From contig OX597828.1 of the NCBI GenBank assembly GCA_951406725.2, positions 20,398,001 through 20,462,000 on the forward strand: DNA of 64,000 nt, given 5' to 3'. Below the pieces are notes generated by a model. The model saw only the letters and a list, made by a program, of their open reading frames with translations. It was not told where the DNA came from and made no database searches. Of the stretch, positions 26,957 through 39,972 are shown piece by piece. This DNA comes from Octopus vulgaris. Taxonomy: Eukaryota. Positions within the stretch are counted from its first letter, which is position 1, and every line of letters begins with the position of its first letter. A program made the position numbers and the translations under genes.

Positions 26957-26960
<4 letters not shown>
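26660..26960. mobile_element. Asymmetric fold-back element between (TA)n tracts (~94-bp arms, 13-nt spacer, ~100-bp one-sided extension)
   Basis: 26759-26852 is the reverse complement of 26866-26960. Confidence 0.8.
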
Positions 26961-27006
<46 letters not shown>

Positions 27007-27378
27007 CGGCCCTTAATTTTTGTCTTCGTCGATTTTTTACTCTGTATGTCCACCCTGTCGTTGTTTCTTCGTTCGAAGCTCTAACTCTCCACAAATTATA
27101 TATTTTAAAATTTTCTAGATGCTGCTGTTTTATGAAGGTTTCCTATCTTGTCATTGAAAGCTCGAAATAGGGAGTAATTAATGGTCGACAAATGAGGAGG
27201 GGTTAGCCTTTTTTTTTTTGGTATTTGTCCCGTAATTGTCTCTCATCATGTGTTTACGTACTTTTCGCTCGTTGGTGATTCCCTGTCCTTATTGTATTTT
27301 TCGTTACTTTGTCCTGTACTTATTTCTCGTATGTTTACGCATTTTTCACTCATTTATGATATCTTGTAATTGACGAAT

Positions 27379-27415
<37 letters not shown>

Positions 27416-27431
27416 ATATATGTATGTATAA

Positions 27432-27477
<46 letters not shown>

Positions 27478-27516
27478 CTATATATGTGTGTATAAATATA
27501 TATATGTGTATCTATG

Positions 27517-27594
<78 letters not shown>

Positions 27595-27614
27595 CATACA
27601 TACATATATACATA

Positions 27615-27836
27615 CGAGATGTGCTGCATATTTCCTCGTTTTATGGGTATTTCAAAAGGCCTGGCTGGAGGTCCAAACTTCCGAGGTCTTTTACAGGGCT
27701 TAGAAAAACTAGAGGATCACTGCAATAAGTGTATGAATCTATCTGAGAGGCGAATATGTTGAATAAAATCATAATTAAGTAAACCTCTAGCATTTTCTTT
27801 TACCGAAAGCCAGGAACTTTTTAATCCCACCCCTTG
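27615..27836 (+). mobile_element. mariner-derived MITE retaining the C-terminal codons
   Basis: TA-CGAG...CTTG-TA ends; '[32 protein letters not shown]' is a mariner terminus. Confidence 0.7.
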
Positions 27837-27841
27837 TATGT

Positions 27842-27897
<56 letters not shown>

Positions 27898-28244
27898 AGA
27901 GATAAATACGCCACACAGATAGTGATTCATCCCCTACAGCTGTTTCAGACTTGTTTTTTATTGATGGAAAACAACATTTTCATGAGGTGAATATATGCAC
28001 GAACTAAGCATTAAAAAACATTGCAAGAATCAAGGTATGTGCATTTTCCTGATTCCCTGTAGAAATTTGGCCAGGGAATATAAGTATACATGTGCATATT
28101 ATTCTATACGAGCTCCCTCCTCCCTTCTTCCTTCTTCTCACTAGCCATATTTAGCCTGGATACTAACGCTTTCACCCGTTTCTTTTTTTACCTCCAGCCA
28201 CTGTATGTCTTCCGCTCTCATCATATACATTTGTGTATATTCTT

Positions 28245-28278
28245 CTTCCGATGAAGGACTAGCATTCGAAACGTTAAG
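28245..28278 (+). ncRNA. Minimal hammerhead-like motif, U4C core
   Basis: CUU-CCGAUGA-A-GGA CUAGCA UUC-GAAAC GUU-AAG; palindrome AACGTT. Confidence 0.6.
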
Positions 28279-28420
28279 TCTCTATCTTCCTTTGAAGCTA
28301 ATGTAACATATATTAAAGTTTGCCCCTTTTGTGTTATTTAGTTCCATTTTCCATTCTTTATTTACAAAAACGCGCACGTACGCAGGCACACAAACATATA
28401 TACATGCATAAATATATATG

Positions 28421-28506
<86 letters not shown>

Positions 28507-28617
28507 GCACATACGCACATACACAGATATATATGTTTATATATGTGTGTGTTTGTGTGTATGTGTATGTATGTATGTATATATATTCATATGAATACAT
28601 AGGTATGTATATATATT

Positions 28618-28703
<86 letters not shown>

Positions 28704-28993
28704 TGTGTGTGTGTATACATCTATCAGATTTTTCACAAATGTATTTATGCTACATTTCCAGACATTAACTTACTACACACGTATCGTGAAAAAGCTGTAA
28801 AAATTTGCAAATTACTGAAAATAGTTTGCATTCAGTAATGAAAGCATTTAGTATTCAAATGCTTCTGTCTGAAAATTTAAAAGAGTATTTGTTTCAATTT
28901 ATTAAGGATATAAAACATAATTACAAACGCAAACAGGATTTATTTATAAATTTCAAATTCAAACCGTGTCTGTAAACAAAGACAACAAATGAC

Positions 28994-29153
<160 letters not shown>

Positions 29154-30233
29154 ATATATATATATATATTCTTGAATGCATACATGTTTAAAATAAAATA
29201 GAATGTAAATGTAGGTCTCCTAACCCTCATTCAAAGACCGTATTTAAAAACATTGCATAGTAAAACGTGACAGATGTAGTGGTTAAAAAAAATAGCATCC
29301 TCTCTGAGACAAATAAGCGTCTGTTGCTGTAATAACTAAATAACCAAACAGAAAAGTAAATTAGTTCGAATCTTAGAGAAATGTGGAAGCGACAGAAAAA
29401 AAGAAAAGAAATAGTTGTGAAATAACATTTATATGTTTTGATGTAAATAAATAACATTATGAAAAGGAAACGAAAATATTATTGAAACAATTTTTCAATT
29501 ATCCAAAATTATAAAACAGCGAAACACGGTAGTGCTTTCATTTTCATTTTGAAACCAACCTGGCAGGCGGAAGGGATAATTGATATATATTTTTGTTCCA
29601 GTGTATGTGTGTGTCTGGGTGTGAGTGTGTTTGTGTGTGTGAGACAGAGAGAGAGAAAGAGAGAGAGTGTGTATGTGTGCGTGAGAGAGAGAGAGTTCCG
29701 GTGCGTGCAAAGACGAAACAATTGGTACTTTATATTTCGATATTTCGAGGTTAAAACTCCTTTGCCAAGAATTAATAGAGTCTGTCCTTTCTTCTTCCTC
29801 ATTCTCCTCTACCTCCTCTACCTCCTTCTACTTATTATTATTTTTATTATTATCAATAATATTACTACGCTAACGTTTTGTTTTTGTCGGTATGTACCTG
29901 TGGTGTGTATCACACTTACTTCAAGAGTGAAGCGATAGAGACAGGGAAAGAAAAGCCTCAGCCATTTAAAATGACAATGAGGCTGCAATACGATCGATCA
30001 TTTCTAGCTTCTTTACTTTTAAAGATGAAGAGGGAAAGACATTTAGTAATGAACAGAAGAAAAGTCTTTTAGATGTTAACGTGTTCCTTCTGGAAGTTCT
30101 AGAAGGATCGAGTGTTAGTTCCTACTTCTTTGCCCCACACTTATTCGCCTTATTTCATAGTTCATATCTTTTAGTTAGGGGGAAAGTCCATGTTCTTATG
30201 TTTTTAGTAGACGGAAATTGAAAGAAGCCCGTC

Positions 30234-30291
<58 letters not shown>

Positions 30292-30492
30292 TTATGTGTG
30301 TGCGTTTGTGTCTGTGTTTGTAATTCTGTTGACGCCTGTCATTTTATAATTCTCGCTCCATACCGAAGTGATGCTATCGCCTACGAATTAACTGCTTGGA
30401 TTTTATTCCATCCAGTCAATTTTGAGCTCAACACCAACATCAGACTTCGGAAATACTCCATCCTCAGTTTCTCTTTCATTTCCTTTTGCAAA

Positions 30493-30567
<75 letters not shown>

Positions 30568-30914
30568 TTGGTTTGGCTTTTGCTTTTTATTTATACATGT
30601 TAACTCCAGGTCTCAACAGGGGACCACAAGAGACAAATAGTTACAAGTTCGAGTCGATATTATGATTAGGGTACGACGTTCTTGGTTTTGCACAGAGTAT
30701 TGTCCTAGAGAGTGTCTACCAAAACATAAGAAAATATCAAAAACCAGTTTTAAAAGTATTTTGACGGCAAGATGATAGCGTGGTCTTCAGATGACAGTAA
30801 AAGGTGTTTCCCATTATGTACATTAAAAAGTACTTTTGATACTGTTTACCGTTTAAAATATTTTTGGAATCACAAACATAATATTTTTCTTAGGGCATAA
30901 GCAGTTCTCATTCT

Positions 30915-31290
30915 TCTATTCTTTTATTTGTTTCAGTGATTTGACTGCTGTCATGATGGAGCATTGCCTTTATTCGAACAAATCGACCCCAGGCTTTATT
31001 TTTTGTAAGCTTTTTTGCCGAACCGCTAAGTTACGGGGATGTAAACACACCAACATCGGTTGCCAGGTGATGTGTGAGGGGGGCAAACACACCCACCCAC
31101 ACACATACACACACATATATACGACATGGTTCTTTCAGTTTCCGTCTACCAAATTTACTCACAAGGGTCTTGTCGGCCCGAGGCTATAGTAGAAGACAAT
31201 TGCCCAAAGTTCCACGCAGTGGGACTGAAGCCAGAACCACGATGCTGGTAAGCAAGCAACTTATCACACAACGACTCATGAGCCTGTGAG
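30915..31290 (-). mobile_element. SINE family A, diverged
   Basis: Reverse complement of the family A head, body and tail blocks. Confidence 0.85.
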
Positions 31291-31331
31291 CACTACTTTT
31301 TTTATTTCTTCCATTTTTGGATTTTTTTAGA

Positions 31332-31394
<63 letters not shown>

Positions 31395-31395
<1 letters not shown>

Positions 31396-31765
31396 GAGTG
31401 AGAGAGGAGTGAATGCCATCAAAGTGACACTACTGGGGTAAAATATACGAAGCCCAGTATACCCATCATGACTACCCGTCTGATAAGGGAACACCAGGCA
31501 CATGCATCACAACCAAATGTGTGAGACATGGTGATCTCATATCAAGATAAACAACGCATGACCTTGCAGGTGGGCCCAGTTAGAATTTCCTTCTGGTCGA
31601 GTAACCCATCCCGCTCAAAAGATCCCTGAAGGGTTGTTTAAGGATGTTGAACGAGACACCCATGTTTCCAGAGGTAAATTATTCAAACCCCAAAGAATCT
31701 TCTCAACACATGGCTATGATGCTCCCCCACTACTTCTGCTCGTGATCAGAGATGCACATATCGTC
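31395..31765 (-). mobile_element. (TAA)n-associated retroposon, 5'-truncated by ~180 bp
   Basis: Reverse complement of ~18850-19223; the 3' end runs into (TTA)n at 31335-31395. Confidence 0.85.
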
Positions 31766-31919
31766 GAAATATGAGATAAAGTGTAAACAGTTATTTTGTT
31801 TTTTCTTATTTGTGTTTCCACTCTTATATTTTAGATTTACACTGTATAAACTTACAAATAACTTTATGTACGCTATCCAAAAGGTTTCATGTTAATTACA
31901 TTACAATAATATGTACATC

Positions 31920-31978
<59 letters not shown>

Positions 31979-32697
31979 CTCGATACGAAGAAAAAAACGG
32001 TGGTAATCTATATTATCTTACGAAAACTGTAAACAACATTTTGGATCAATTTTAATATATTTTGATAAACAATTCCTCTTTTATTTTCACTTTTTAACAT
32101 TGTCTTGCACCCAACCCATACTTTACCCTCGACAACTCTCATTTACTACGATTACCAAATCTCTTACAAGCCGACTCCATTTTTAAGTCAAAATTCACTT
32201 CTGTCTCACTTCCAGCCGCCAGGGTAATTTTAGAGAACACACCAGACTTTTTTCACAATTAACTATTCTACTACTTTGGATGTTTCTCATACATTTTAAT
32301 AACATTTTTGTTCGGCTTTCGTAAATTTATTTATATCAACCTTACTTTTGAATGTTTAAAAGTAAGTTCTCAAATGATTTCTATCGTATTTTTGTGAAGC
32401 ACCTTCTAATCCTTGGGCAATTGTCTTTGACAGTAATCCGGGTCGATCAAAGCCTTGCGAGTGGATTTGGTATATGGAAACTGAAAAAAGGCCATCCCAC
32501 ATACAGCCAGAGTTCTTGGCTTTAAGGGCGGTGCGTAAAGCCTGGTGGGAGGCCCAAACTTTCTCAGAAAAAATTTTATTCAAGTTACACTGCGGCACAC
32601 CTGGCATCGTCACGTAGCACACCAGTATACCGCGGCATACCGTTTGCGGAGCACAGTTCCTGAAACAGGAGCAGGTTCAGGTAGATTGTTATCAAAG

Positions 32698-33110
32698 AAG
32701 GCGGCGAGCTGGCAGAAATATTTGCACGCCGGGCGAAATGCTTAACGGTATTTCGTCTGCCGCTACGTTCTGAGTTCAAATTCCGCCGAGGCCGACTTTG
32801 CCTTTCATCCTTTCGGGGTCGATAAATGATGTACCAGTTACGCACTGAGGTCGATATAATCGACTTAATCCGTTTGTCTGTCCTTGTTTGTGCTCTCTGT
32901 GTTTGGCCCCTTGTGGATAGTAAAGAAATAGGTATTTCGTCTGCCGCTAAGTTCAAATTCCGCCTAGGTCGACTTTGCCTTTCATCCTTTCGGGATTGAT
33001 TAAATAAGTACCAGTTACGCACTGGGGTCGATATAATCAATTTAATTTGTTTGTCTGTCCTTGTTTGTCCCCTCTGTGTGTAGCCCCTTGGAGTAGTAAA
33101 AAAATAAGAT
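32698..33110 (+). mobile_element. SINE family B, body-duplicated (dimeric) form
   Basis: One head followed by two copies of GGTATTTCGTCTGCCGCTA...AGTAAAGAAATA; the same form occurs at 41624-42045. Confidence 0.9.
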
Positions 33111-33183
33111 TGGTATCAAAGGGGTTAACAAACTGGCATTTATAAACAACATAGGTTTCAAAACTTGCAATCCTTCCAATCTA

Positions 33184-34052
33184 CGAGGGAGAGTCAAACA
33201 TTATACGCACTCTTAATTTCCGTCAATGTATTTACACGAAAGCAAGTTGTGTCCGTCATTTTTCTATGTAGTCTCCTTCCTTTCCGATGCTCTTGCTCCA
33301 ACGGTCCACAAGCTTGCGTATTGCCTCCAAGAAGAAGGTTTCCAGTTGGTCGTGCAACCACTTATGCATCGCTTCCTTCACATCTTCATCTGTAGGAAAT
33401 GGCGACTTCGTAAAGCCATCTTTGAGCGATAGATATGATAGTCGGAAGGGGCGAAATCTGGGCTGTAGGCAGGGTGTTCCAGCACCTCAAAAGCCAATTG
33501 GTTAATGGTTTCAGTGGTCGGCAGGGCTGTGTGTGTGCGTGCGTTTTCATGCAACATCAAAACTTTCTCTCTCACAGACAATAGGCTTCGGCATTTGGTG
33601 CGAATTACTAGCTTCAGTTTGTTGGCCAGCACATCACCATCTCTCGCGCTGTTGATCGTATACCCCTTTCCCATTACAGGCCCTTTTGAGTCACCCCAAA
33701 TAGGGTTACCATCACCTTCCCCGCAGAAAGTTGAGTCTTGAATTTCTTTGACGCTGGTGAGACATGATGTTTCCACTCCATACTCTGTATTTTGGATTCT
33801 GCCTTATAATGATGAAGCGACGTTTCATCTCCTGTGAATATTCCCTTTGTTCTTCTTTGGTGCACTTTACTAGTGGAGCGGCCATGCTTACACGGTAAAG
33901 CCAGGAAGAAAGAAAAATGGCACGATCAGGCTCAAATTTCAATCACGTGACCACAATAGTACCAACTATAAGCACGCATGCGCAGGAAGCAGTGTGACAA
34001 TAATAAATATATGTTATGGCGAAAGTGCGGATAATTTTTTACTTCCCCTCAT
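33184..34052 (-). mobile_element. Internally deleted mariner element (~870 bp)
   Basis: TIRs CGAGGGAGAGTCAAACATTATACGCACT / AGTGCGGATAATTTTTTACTTCCCCTC; motifs IFTGDETSLHHY, LHENARTH, HPAYSPDFAPSDYH. The N-terminal MAAPLVKCTKEEQR is joined directly to the first catalytic-D region. Confidence 0.9.
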
Positions 34053-34154
34053 GTATTAAAGATAGGCATTGGTTTAACTCTTTGTCTGTCCAAAGCGTTT
34101 CCATTAGTTTGTCCTGAACGTCCATATCCATTTTCAGACTTTTAGCTATACCAT

Positions 34155-34477
34155 TGTGAAGGCGCGTGGCTTAGTGGTTAGGGTATTCTGCTCACGATTG
34201 TAAGGTCGTGAGTTCAATTCCCGGTGACGCGTTGTGTCCTTGAGCAAGACACTTTATTTTATGCTGCTCAAGTCCACTCAGCTGGCAAAAATAAGTACCT
34301 GTATTTCAAAGGGCCAGTCTTCACACACTCTGTGTCACGCTGAATCTCCCTGAGAACTACGTTAAGAGTACACGTGACTATGGAGGGCTCAGCCACTTGC
34401 ACATTAATTTCACAAGCAGGCTGTTCTGTTGGTCGGACCAACTCGAACCCTCATCGTCGTAATCGACGGAGTACCAA
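34155..34477 (+). mobile_element. SINE family C, full length
   Basis: A box TGGCTTAGTGG, B box AGTTCAATTCC, CORE-like GTGTCCTTGAGCAAGACACTT. The 3' half recurs at 37092-37245. Confidence 0.9.
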
Positions 34478-34513
34478 TGAGTCAAACCTTTATTTCATAC
34501 CTTTTGAGAAATA

Positions 34514-35059
34514 TTGGGTTGTCCGGAAAGTTCGTGCCGATTTATAGTAGCTTACCTTTCGACTTATTTTAGAACATGTTTGAGTCCATAAAATAGGATT
34601 TGACTACACCTCCATTTAGAGCACAGTTTAAGCTGTCTTTTCATGGAAGAAGGTTTATGTTCTTATAGCCTGTATTAATTATGTAACCCTTTAAAATGGA
34701 AGATAAGAAAGTTCATTTTCGGCACTTGATGCTTTGAGAACCAAACAAAAATTGCTGCAGCTCGGCTGGGATGTGTTACCTCACCCTCCATATTCACCAG
34801 ATATTGCTCCTTCGGATTTCCACTTATTCAGGTCTCTGCAGAATAGTCTTAATGGTAAAAATTTTAATTCCTTGGATGACGTAAAAAGATACGTTGTTGA
34901 ATTCTTTGCCATGAAACCACCTCCATTCTGTGAAGAGGGTACTTTCATGTTAAAGGAAAGATGGAGACGCATATTTGGTTGATTAAAAATGTAATGGCAA
35001 GTATTTATTGACCTTTTTCTTTCTTTTAAAAATCGGCACGAACTTTCCAGACAACCCAA
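34514..35059 (+). mobile_element. 546-bp mariner deletion derivative
   Basis: TA-TTGGGTTGTCCGGAAAGTTCGTGCCGATTT...AAATCGGCACGAACTTTCCAGACAACCCAA-TA; MEDKKVHFRHLML is followed directly by RTKQKLLQLGWDVLPHPPYSPDIAPSDFHLFRSLQNSL. Confidence 0.95.
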
Positions 35060-35294
35060 TATAAAGCTTTCTGTTCATAAGTTCTAAATTACTTTAATGG
35101 TTTTAAAAAAATGGGTATGTGCATAATACAATTCTACGTTTGTGAGATGAGGAATTTATACCATGTCTGCTGTTTATATTAGTCGGACTGGTGTCTTAAT
35201 CTTGATTATTGCTTTGACTACGTTTCGGCTGTCGTACACTTCAAACTTCTTACGGTATCCTGTGGTGTACTCGGTCGCTGTATCGGATACAAGA

Positions 35295-35597
35295 ACCGAC
35301 TGTGCAAACCACGACCCAAACTTCATCATAGCCATAATCACTGGCGATGAGACACGGTTTTACGATCTCTGTTCGATGCGTTCGGTCATCTTGCTTGAAA
35401 ACGAATATCCGACGAGCGCACACTACACGTCTGTACTCTCTCTGCATAATAGTCAGGAACTGACGCGACCTACCGGAGCAAAACTTTTTTACGCATGCGT
35501 AGGAGGGTTGGTGTCAACTTCCACCCGAAGAATTTTGCTCACACGGCATTACTTTTGGCTGGAAAAAATAAAGTCGGATACTTTTGAAGGAACCTCG
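35295..35597. mobile_element. Rearranged mariner remnant
   Basis: Minus strand: TA-CGAGG TIR at 35597, then ATG ACC GAA CGC ATC GAA CAG AGA (MTERIEQR). Plus strand: 'DPNFIIAIITGDETRFYD' at ~35312-35366. Confidence 0.7.
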
Positions 35598-36490
35598 TAC
35601 ATAAAGCATATCATATATGACACATAGACGCCATAGAAATATATGTTCCTGTGTTTCACTTGTAATACAAAGAAGAGGCAAAGGGTTAAGCATGGAATGT
35701 TTTAAACCTTGTTTCCTGTAACTGTTTCCAAAAAATACGATCGTTGGATTAGGTTTAGAAGACTTAAAGCTACTTTCTTTATATAAATGCTTTTCGAAAA
35801 TAAGAAGTACTAAAGTATTTAAAATCTTCGTTCAAATTTACAATCTATAAATAATTATTGTTTACATTTGTAATGTCAGTTTTATCCTTGATAAATTGAA
35901 GCAACGCCATATTAAATTCCTAGACAGTAAAACAGTGCAATATTAAATACCGCTATTCCAGAACACAACTACTTTCATTAATTTGGAATAGTTTTATAGC
36001 TATTTCAAAACATGCGGGTTCTAAATCAATAAGATAAATACATAAACGCATTAATACATTAATACTTAAATCCCTAAAAGATTGAAGATTTCTAATCATT
36101 GATTTAAAAATATTTTCCTATTTCTTCAACATAAATTTTATACATATATGTATGGGTTTTTGTATGTGTGCCATTATTCAGTTTTATTTTAAGATTTATT
36201 ACCAATAGAGAAAGAACCGGTTTCTAACCTAGATCCAAGTCTTCTTCATTGGAATTTCAACTACATTAACAGGCTATTTTTGTACGTACGTATGTATGTA
36301 TGTATGTATGTATGTATGTATGTATGTATGTATGTATGTATGTATGTATGTGTGTATGTATGTATGTATGTATGTATGTATGTATGTATGTATGTGTGTG
36401 TGTGTGTATGTATGTATGTGCAAATTTGTATGTTTTGTTGTATGTACGTATTTTCATGTATATACTTGCATATCTAGACATGCTCATATA

Positions 36491-37029
36491 CACAAACATG
36501 CAGGAAGTAAATAGACACCATTAATTTTCAGAATCTTTTATTTGATATTAATTGGTTGAAGGAAAGGTTTTCTTCTAGCTGCTCGTCCATAATATCCAAG
36601 CTTATGCAGATATGTAACACGTTCTTGGACTAACTTCTAGCTGTTTTGCAATGTCAGAAACCTTCGAACCGGGTTCGTTTTCCACAATTCTCTTCTGGGA
36701 CGAGAATCTGTTGATTCTTTTCATTGGCTTTTGAATTGCACTATATTTCTATTAACAGTAGCAAGAGGAATTTGAAGACTTTCGGCAATTTTTCGCTGAC
36801 TAAGACCAGCTTCAGCTTGCCCAACAATACGATCTCTTTGAAATTCTAAAGGTTGTGCTGAATTTTTTGTGCGTGGTATAGTTACTCTTCGCAAATGTTT
36901 AATATAATGGCACCTGGAATGAAAAAGAATAATTATATTGTAAATTCTACACCGCTGAAAACATATTAAGACGCTTAGATCAGAAATTTTTAAAATTAAA
37001 GGTGTCTATTTACTTCCTGCATGTCTGTG
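36491..37029 (-). mobile_element. 539-bp Tc1 deletion derivative retaining only the N-terminal HTH
   Basis: 29-bp TIRs CACA(A/G)ACATGCAGGAAGTAAATAGACACC with TA flanks; minus strand 'PRTKNSAQPLEFQRDRIVGQAEAGLSQRKIAESLQIPLATVNR', start codon decayed to ATA. Confidence 0.9.
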
Positions 37030-37684
37030 TATACTTAAATGATAAACTTCTGGAAAGTTGTACAGGCTTTTACTGTCACATTCTTTTTACTTGTCACACT
37101 CTGTGTCACGCTGAATCTTCCCGAGAACTACGATAAGTGTACACGTGTCTGTGGAATGCTCAGCCACTTGCACGTTAATTTCACGAGCAGGCTGTTCCGT
37201 TGATCAGATCAACTTGAACCCGCGTCGTCGTAACCGACGGAGTGCGACGAATATATAATATATATGGATGCAAATATGTATATGCCCATCTTTTATATTT
37301 TACTTGCTGCAGTCATTGAACTGCGGCCATGCTAGAGCACTGCCATGCATGTACATGTATATCTGTCTGTATATATATATCTTTATAATCAAGGATAAAA
37401 TCTATATATGACTTTATCAAGTAGCCAGTGTGTAATAAACCATATAAGTAAAAATTAATAGAAAATATATAATTATATAAATAAAATTCTAGTAAGGGCG
37501 CTTATGTGTAGCGCCACAGGATAGAAATAGACGCCAAAGAGCTTTAAGAACTACAGTATTTACAACTGGCACGGGATGAAAGCGAGGGAAATGAACAAAA
37601 GAGATTTTTAAAAAAGGTTTAACCTTTTATATATATATATATACTTATTTTTGAAATGTATGCGTGACGTTCAATCAAATAATA

Positions 37685-37719
<35 letters not shown>

Positions 37720-37724
<5 letters not shown>

Positions 37725-37977
37725 CATTAAAATTTAGATCAGATGAATATGGTACTAATTTTAAAGGCACCAGAATTTAGTATGGTATTATCCATATAAT
37801 TGAAAATGGGGTGGTTATAATCAAACATAAGCAACAAGGATATCCAGAAGTAATGCAGTACGATCGTTTTAAGTGACTCCATTTAATTGACCAATGCAAA
37901 CATTACATCAATTTAAGATATAGAGTAATCTTCAGCTGTATATCGTACTGCATTACCTCTGGATATCCTTGTTGCTT

Positions 37978-37982
<5 letters not shown>
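37720..37982. mobile_element. Fold-back element between (TA)n tracts, with a decayed long-helix-II hammerhead (37856-37938, minus)
   Basis: 38-bp arms ATAAGCAACAAGGATATCCAGA(A/G)GTAATGCAGTACGAT; minus strand CAG-CUGAAGA-UUACUC[...]GAGUCA-CUU-AAAAC GAUC GUA-CUG (G12 lost). Same family as 21852. Confidence 0.7.
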
Positions 37983-38033
<51 letters not shown>

Positions 38034-38243
38034 AGTGAAAAATTGATGGATTTTTCCCTTATGAGGTTTTTCACGCTAACTACTTGATAAATTCTTATAA
38101 AGATTTTATTCTCTTTTTAAATTATATATATGATTAATATTAATATTAGGGAAGTTATTTCCGAGTCCACAGGGAGAGAAATTCAATTTAGTGGTACGAA
38201 ATGAATTACTCACTGTATTATATATATATATATATATATAGAC

Positions 38244-38322
<79 letters not shown>

Positions 38323-38349
38323 CAGATACATATATATATGTACATACAT

Positions 38350-38437
<88 letters not shown>

Positions 38438-38776
38438 TTATTTGGAAATGGATGCGTGACTTTCAACAAATAATAATATAAATAGTATATGTATGTATGT
38501 ATATATATACATAATTAATATTAATATTAGGGAAATTATTTCCGAGTCCACGGGGGAGAGAAGTTCAATTTAGTGGTACTTAAATGAATTACTCACTGTA
38601 TTATATACATATATATAGATATATATATAGATAGGTTTAAGAGACAGAATCACCCTCAAGCAACTCAATCATCATTGAACGACATTATCCACGAAAGGTA
38701 CATATAGAGCTAAATATCAAAATTATCAAAGTTAATAACTTCAATTCTTATTCCAAATCATATACTTTACATTATA

Positions 38777-38882
38777 TAGACTACGCGCGTTTCATGACAA
38801 CATATCCTCAATGTGGCTGAAATAGAATGTCTCGAAACACTATATCATATTAAAACGATTATATTGCCAATCTTCAGGTCTA
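38777..38882 (-). ncRNA. Best-preserved type-I hammerhead motif, long helix II
   Basis: Minus strand: UAGAC-CUGAAGA-U-UGGCAAUAUA[~55 nt]UAUGUUGUCA-U-GAAAC GCGC GUA-GUCUA. 5-bp helix I, 10-bp helix II, palindrome ACGCGCGT. Confidence 0.85.
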
Positions 38883-39017
38883 GATTATATGGAGTTATTT
38901 TGCTATTTACATCCTATATAAAGACATGACAAACTAACACGGCGGAATTTGAACTCAGAACGTAGCGACTGGCGAAATACTGCTAAGCTAATGATTCAGC
39001 CAGCTCGCCGCTTTAAA

Positions 39018-39239
<222 letters not shown>

Positions 39240-39299
39240 TCCTTTCTACAAAAGGCACAAGGCCTGAAATCAAGCTCCTACCCCCAAACTTTACAGTTT

Positions 39300-39972
39300 T
39301 TCGTCATGTAACGTGGGTTGCTTCGCTTTCTAATAAGCAAGAATTTCTGAGAAGGCCTCCAGAAAAGTGAAACAACCCACATTACACAATGGAAACAGTG
39401 AAGATTGGGGGTAAGAATTTGATGCTTTTGCGATACATAAAAAGTGATAGTTCAAGAAAATTGCTTAAAATTGACGGTAACTTGAATAGTGCCAAACACA
39501 TCCAGCTGCTGAAGGACAATTGGATACCAAACTTGAAGGAAGGTGAAATTTTTCAGCATGACGGATCTCCAGATCGTGTGCAACACAACAGTATCTGGCT
39601 GATGAAGGTGTTACCGTATAGAAAGTTCGGCTATCCCAGGGCCCAGACTTAAATATAATCGAGCAAATTTGGACAGAACTAAAGATAAGAATTCGTCAGA
39701 AGAATCCACGCTATCTTGAGTTGTGGGAGCTCAGCTACAGAGAATGGCATGACATACCTGTAAACTTGGTGAAGAATTTGTACTCATCTCTTCCCAGATA
39801 CACAGAAGCAACTATCCAAGCTTAGAGAAGTCACACGAAATTTTAACAATTTACAGTAACTTCTTGAAATGAACATTATGTAATAAATTTTCATTATAGA
39901 CATTTTTCTGTTTTAAAACACTGTATCTTGATTGGTTTATATAAGATGGCCGAAAACTTTGGCACGCCCCTT
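39300..39972 (+). pseudogene. Degenerate Tc1 3' half
   Basis: 'TVKIGGKNLM..IDGNLNSAKHIQLL..IFQHDGSP', then 'SQGPDLNIIEQIW..EWHDIP..VKNLYSSLPR..SHTKF*'; TIR-like end GGCCGAAAACTTTGGCACGCCCC. Confidence 0.85.

Noticed and set aside
34155-34230. tRNA-like sequences (also at 4160-4236, 49222, 50258, 57091)
   Set aside because: They are SINE heads: each continues into a shared body and lacks a proper acceptor stem.
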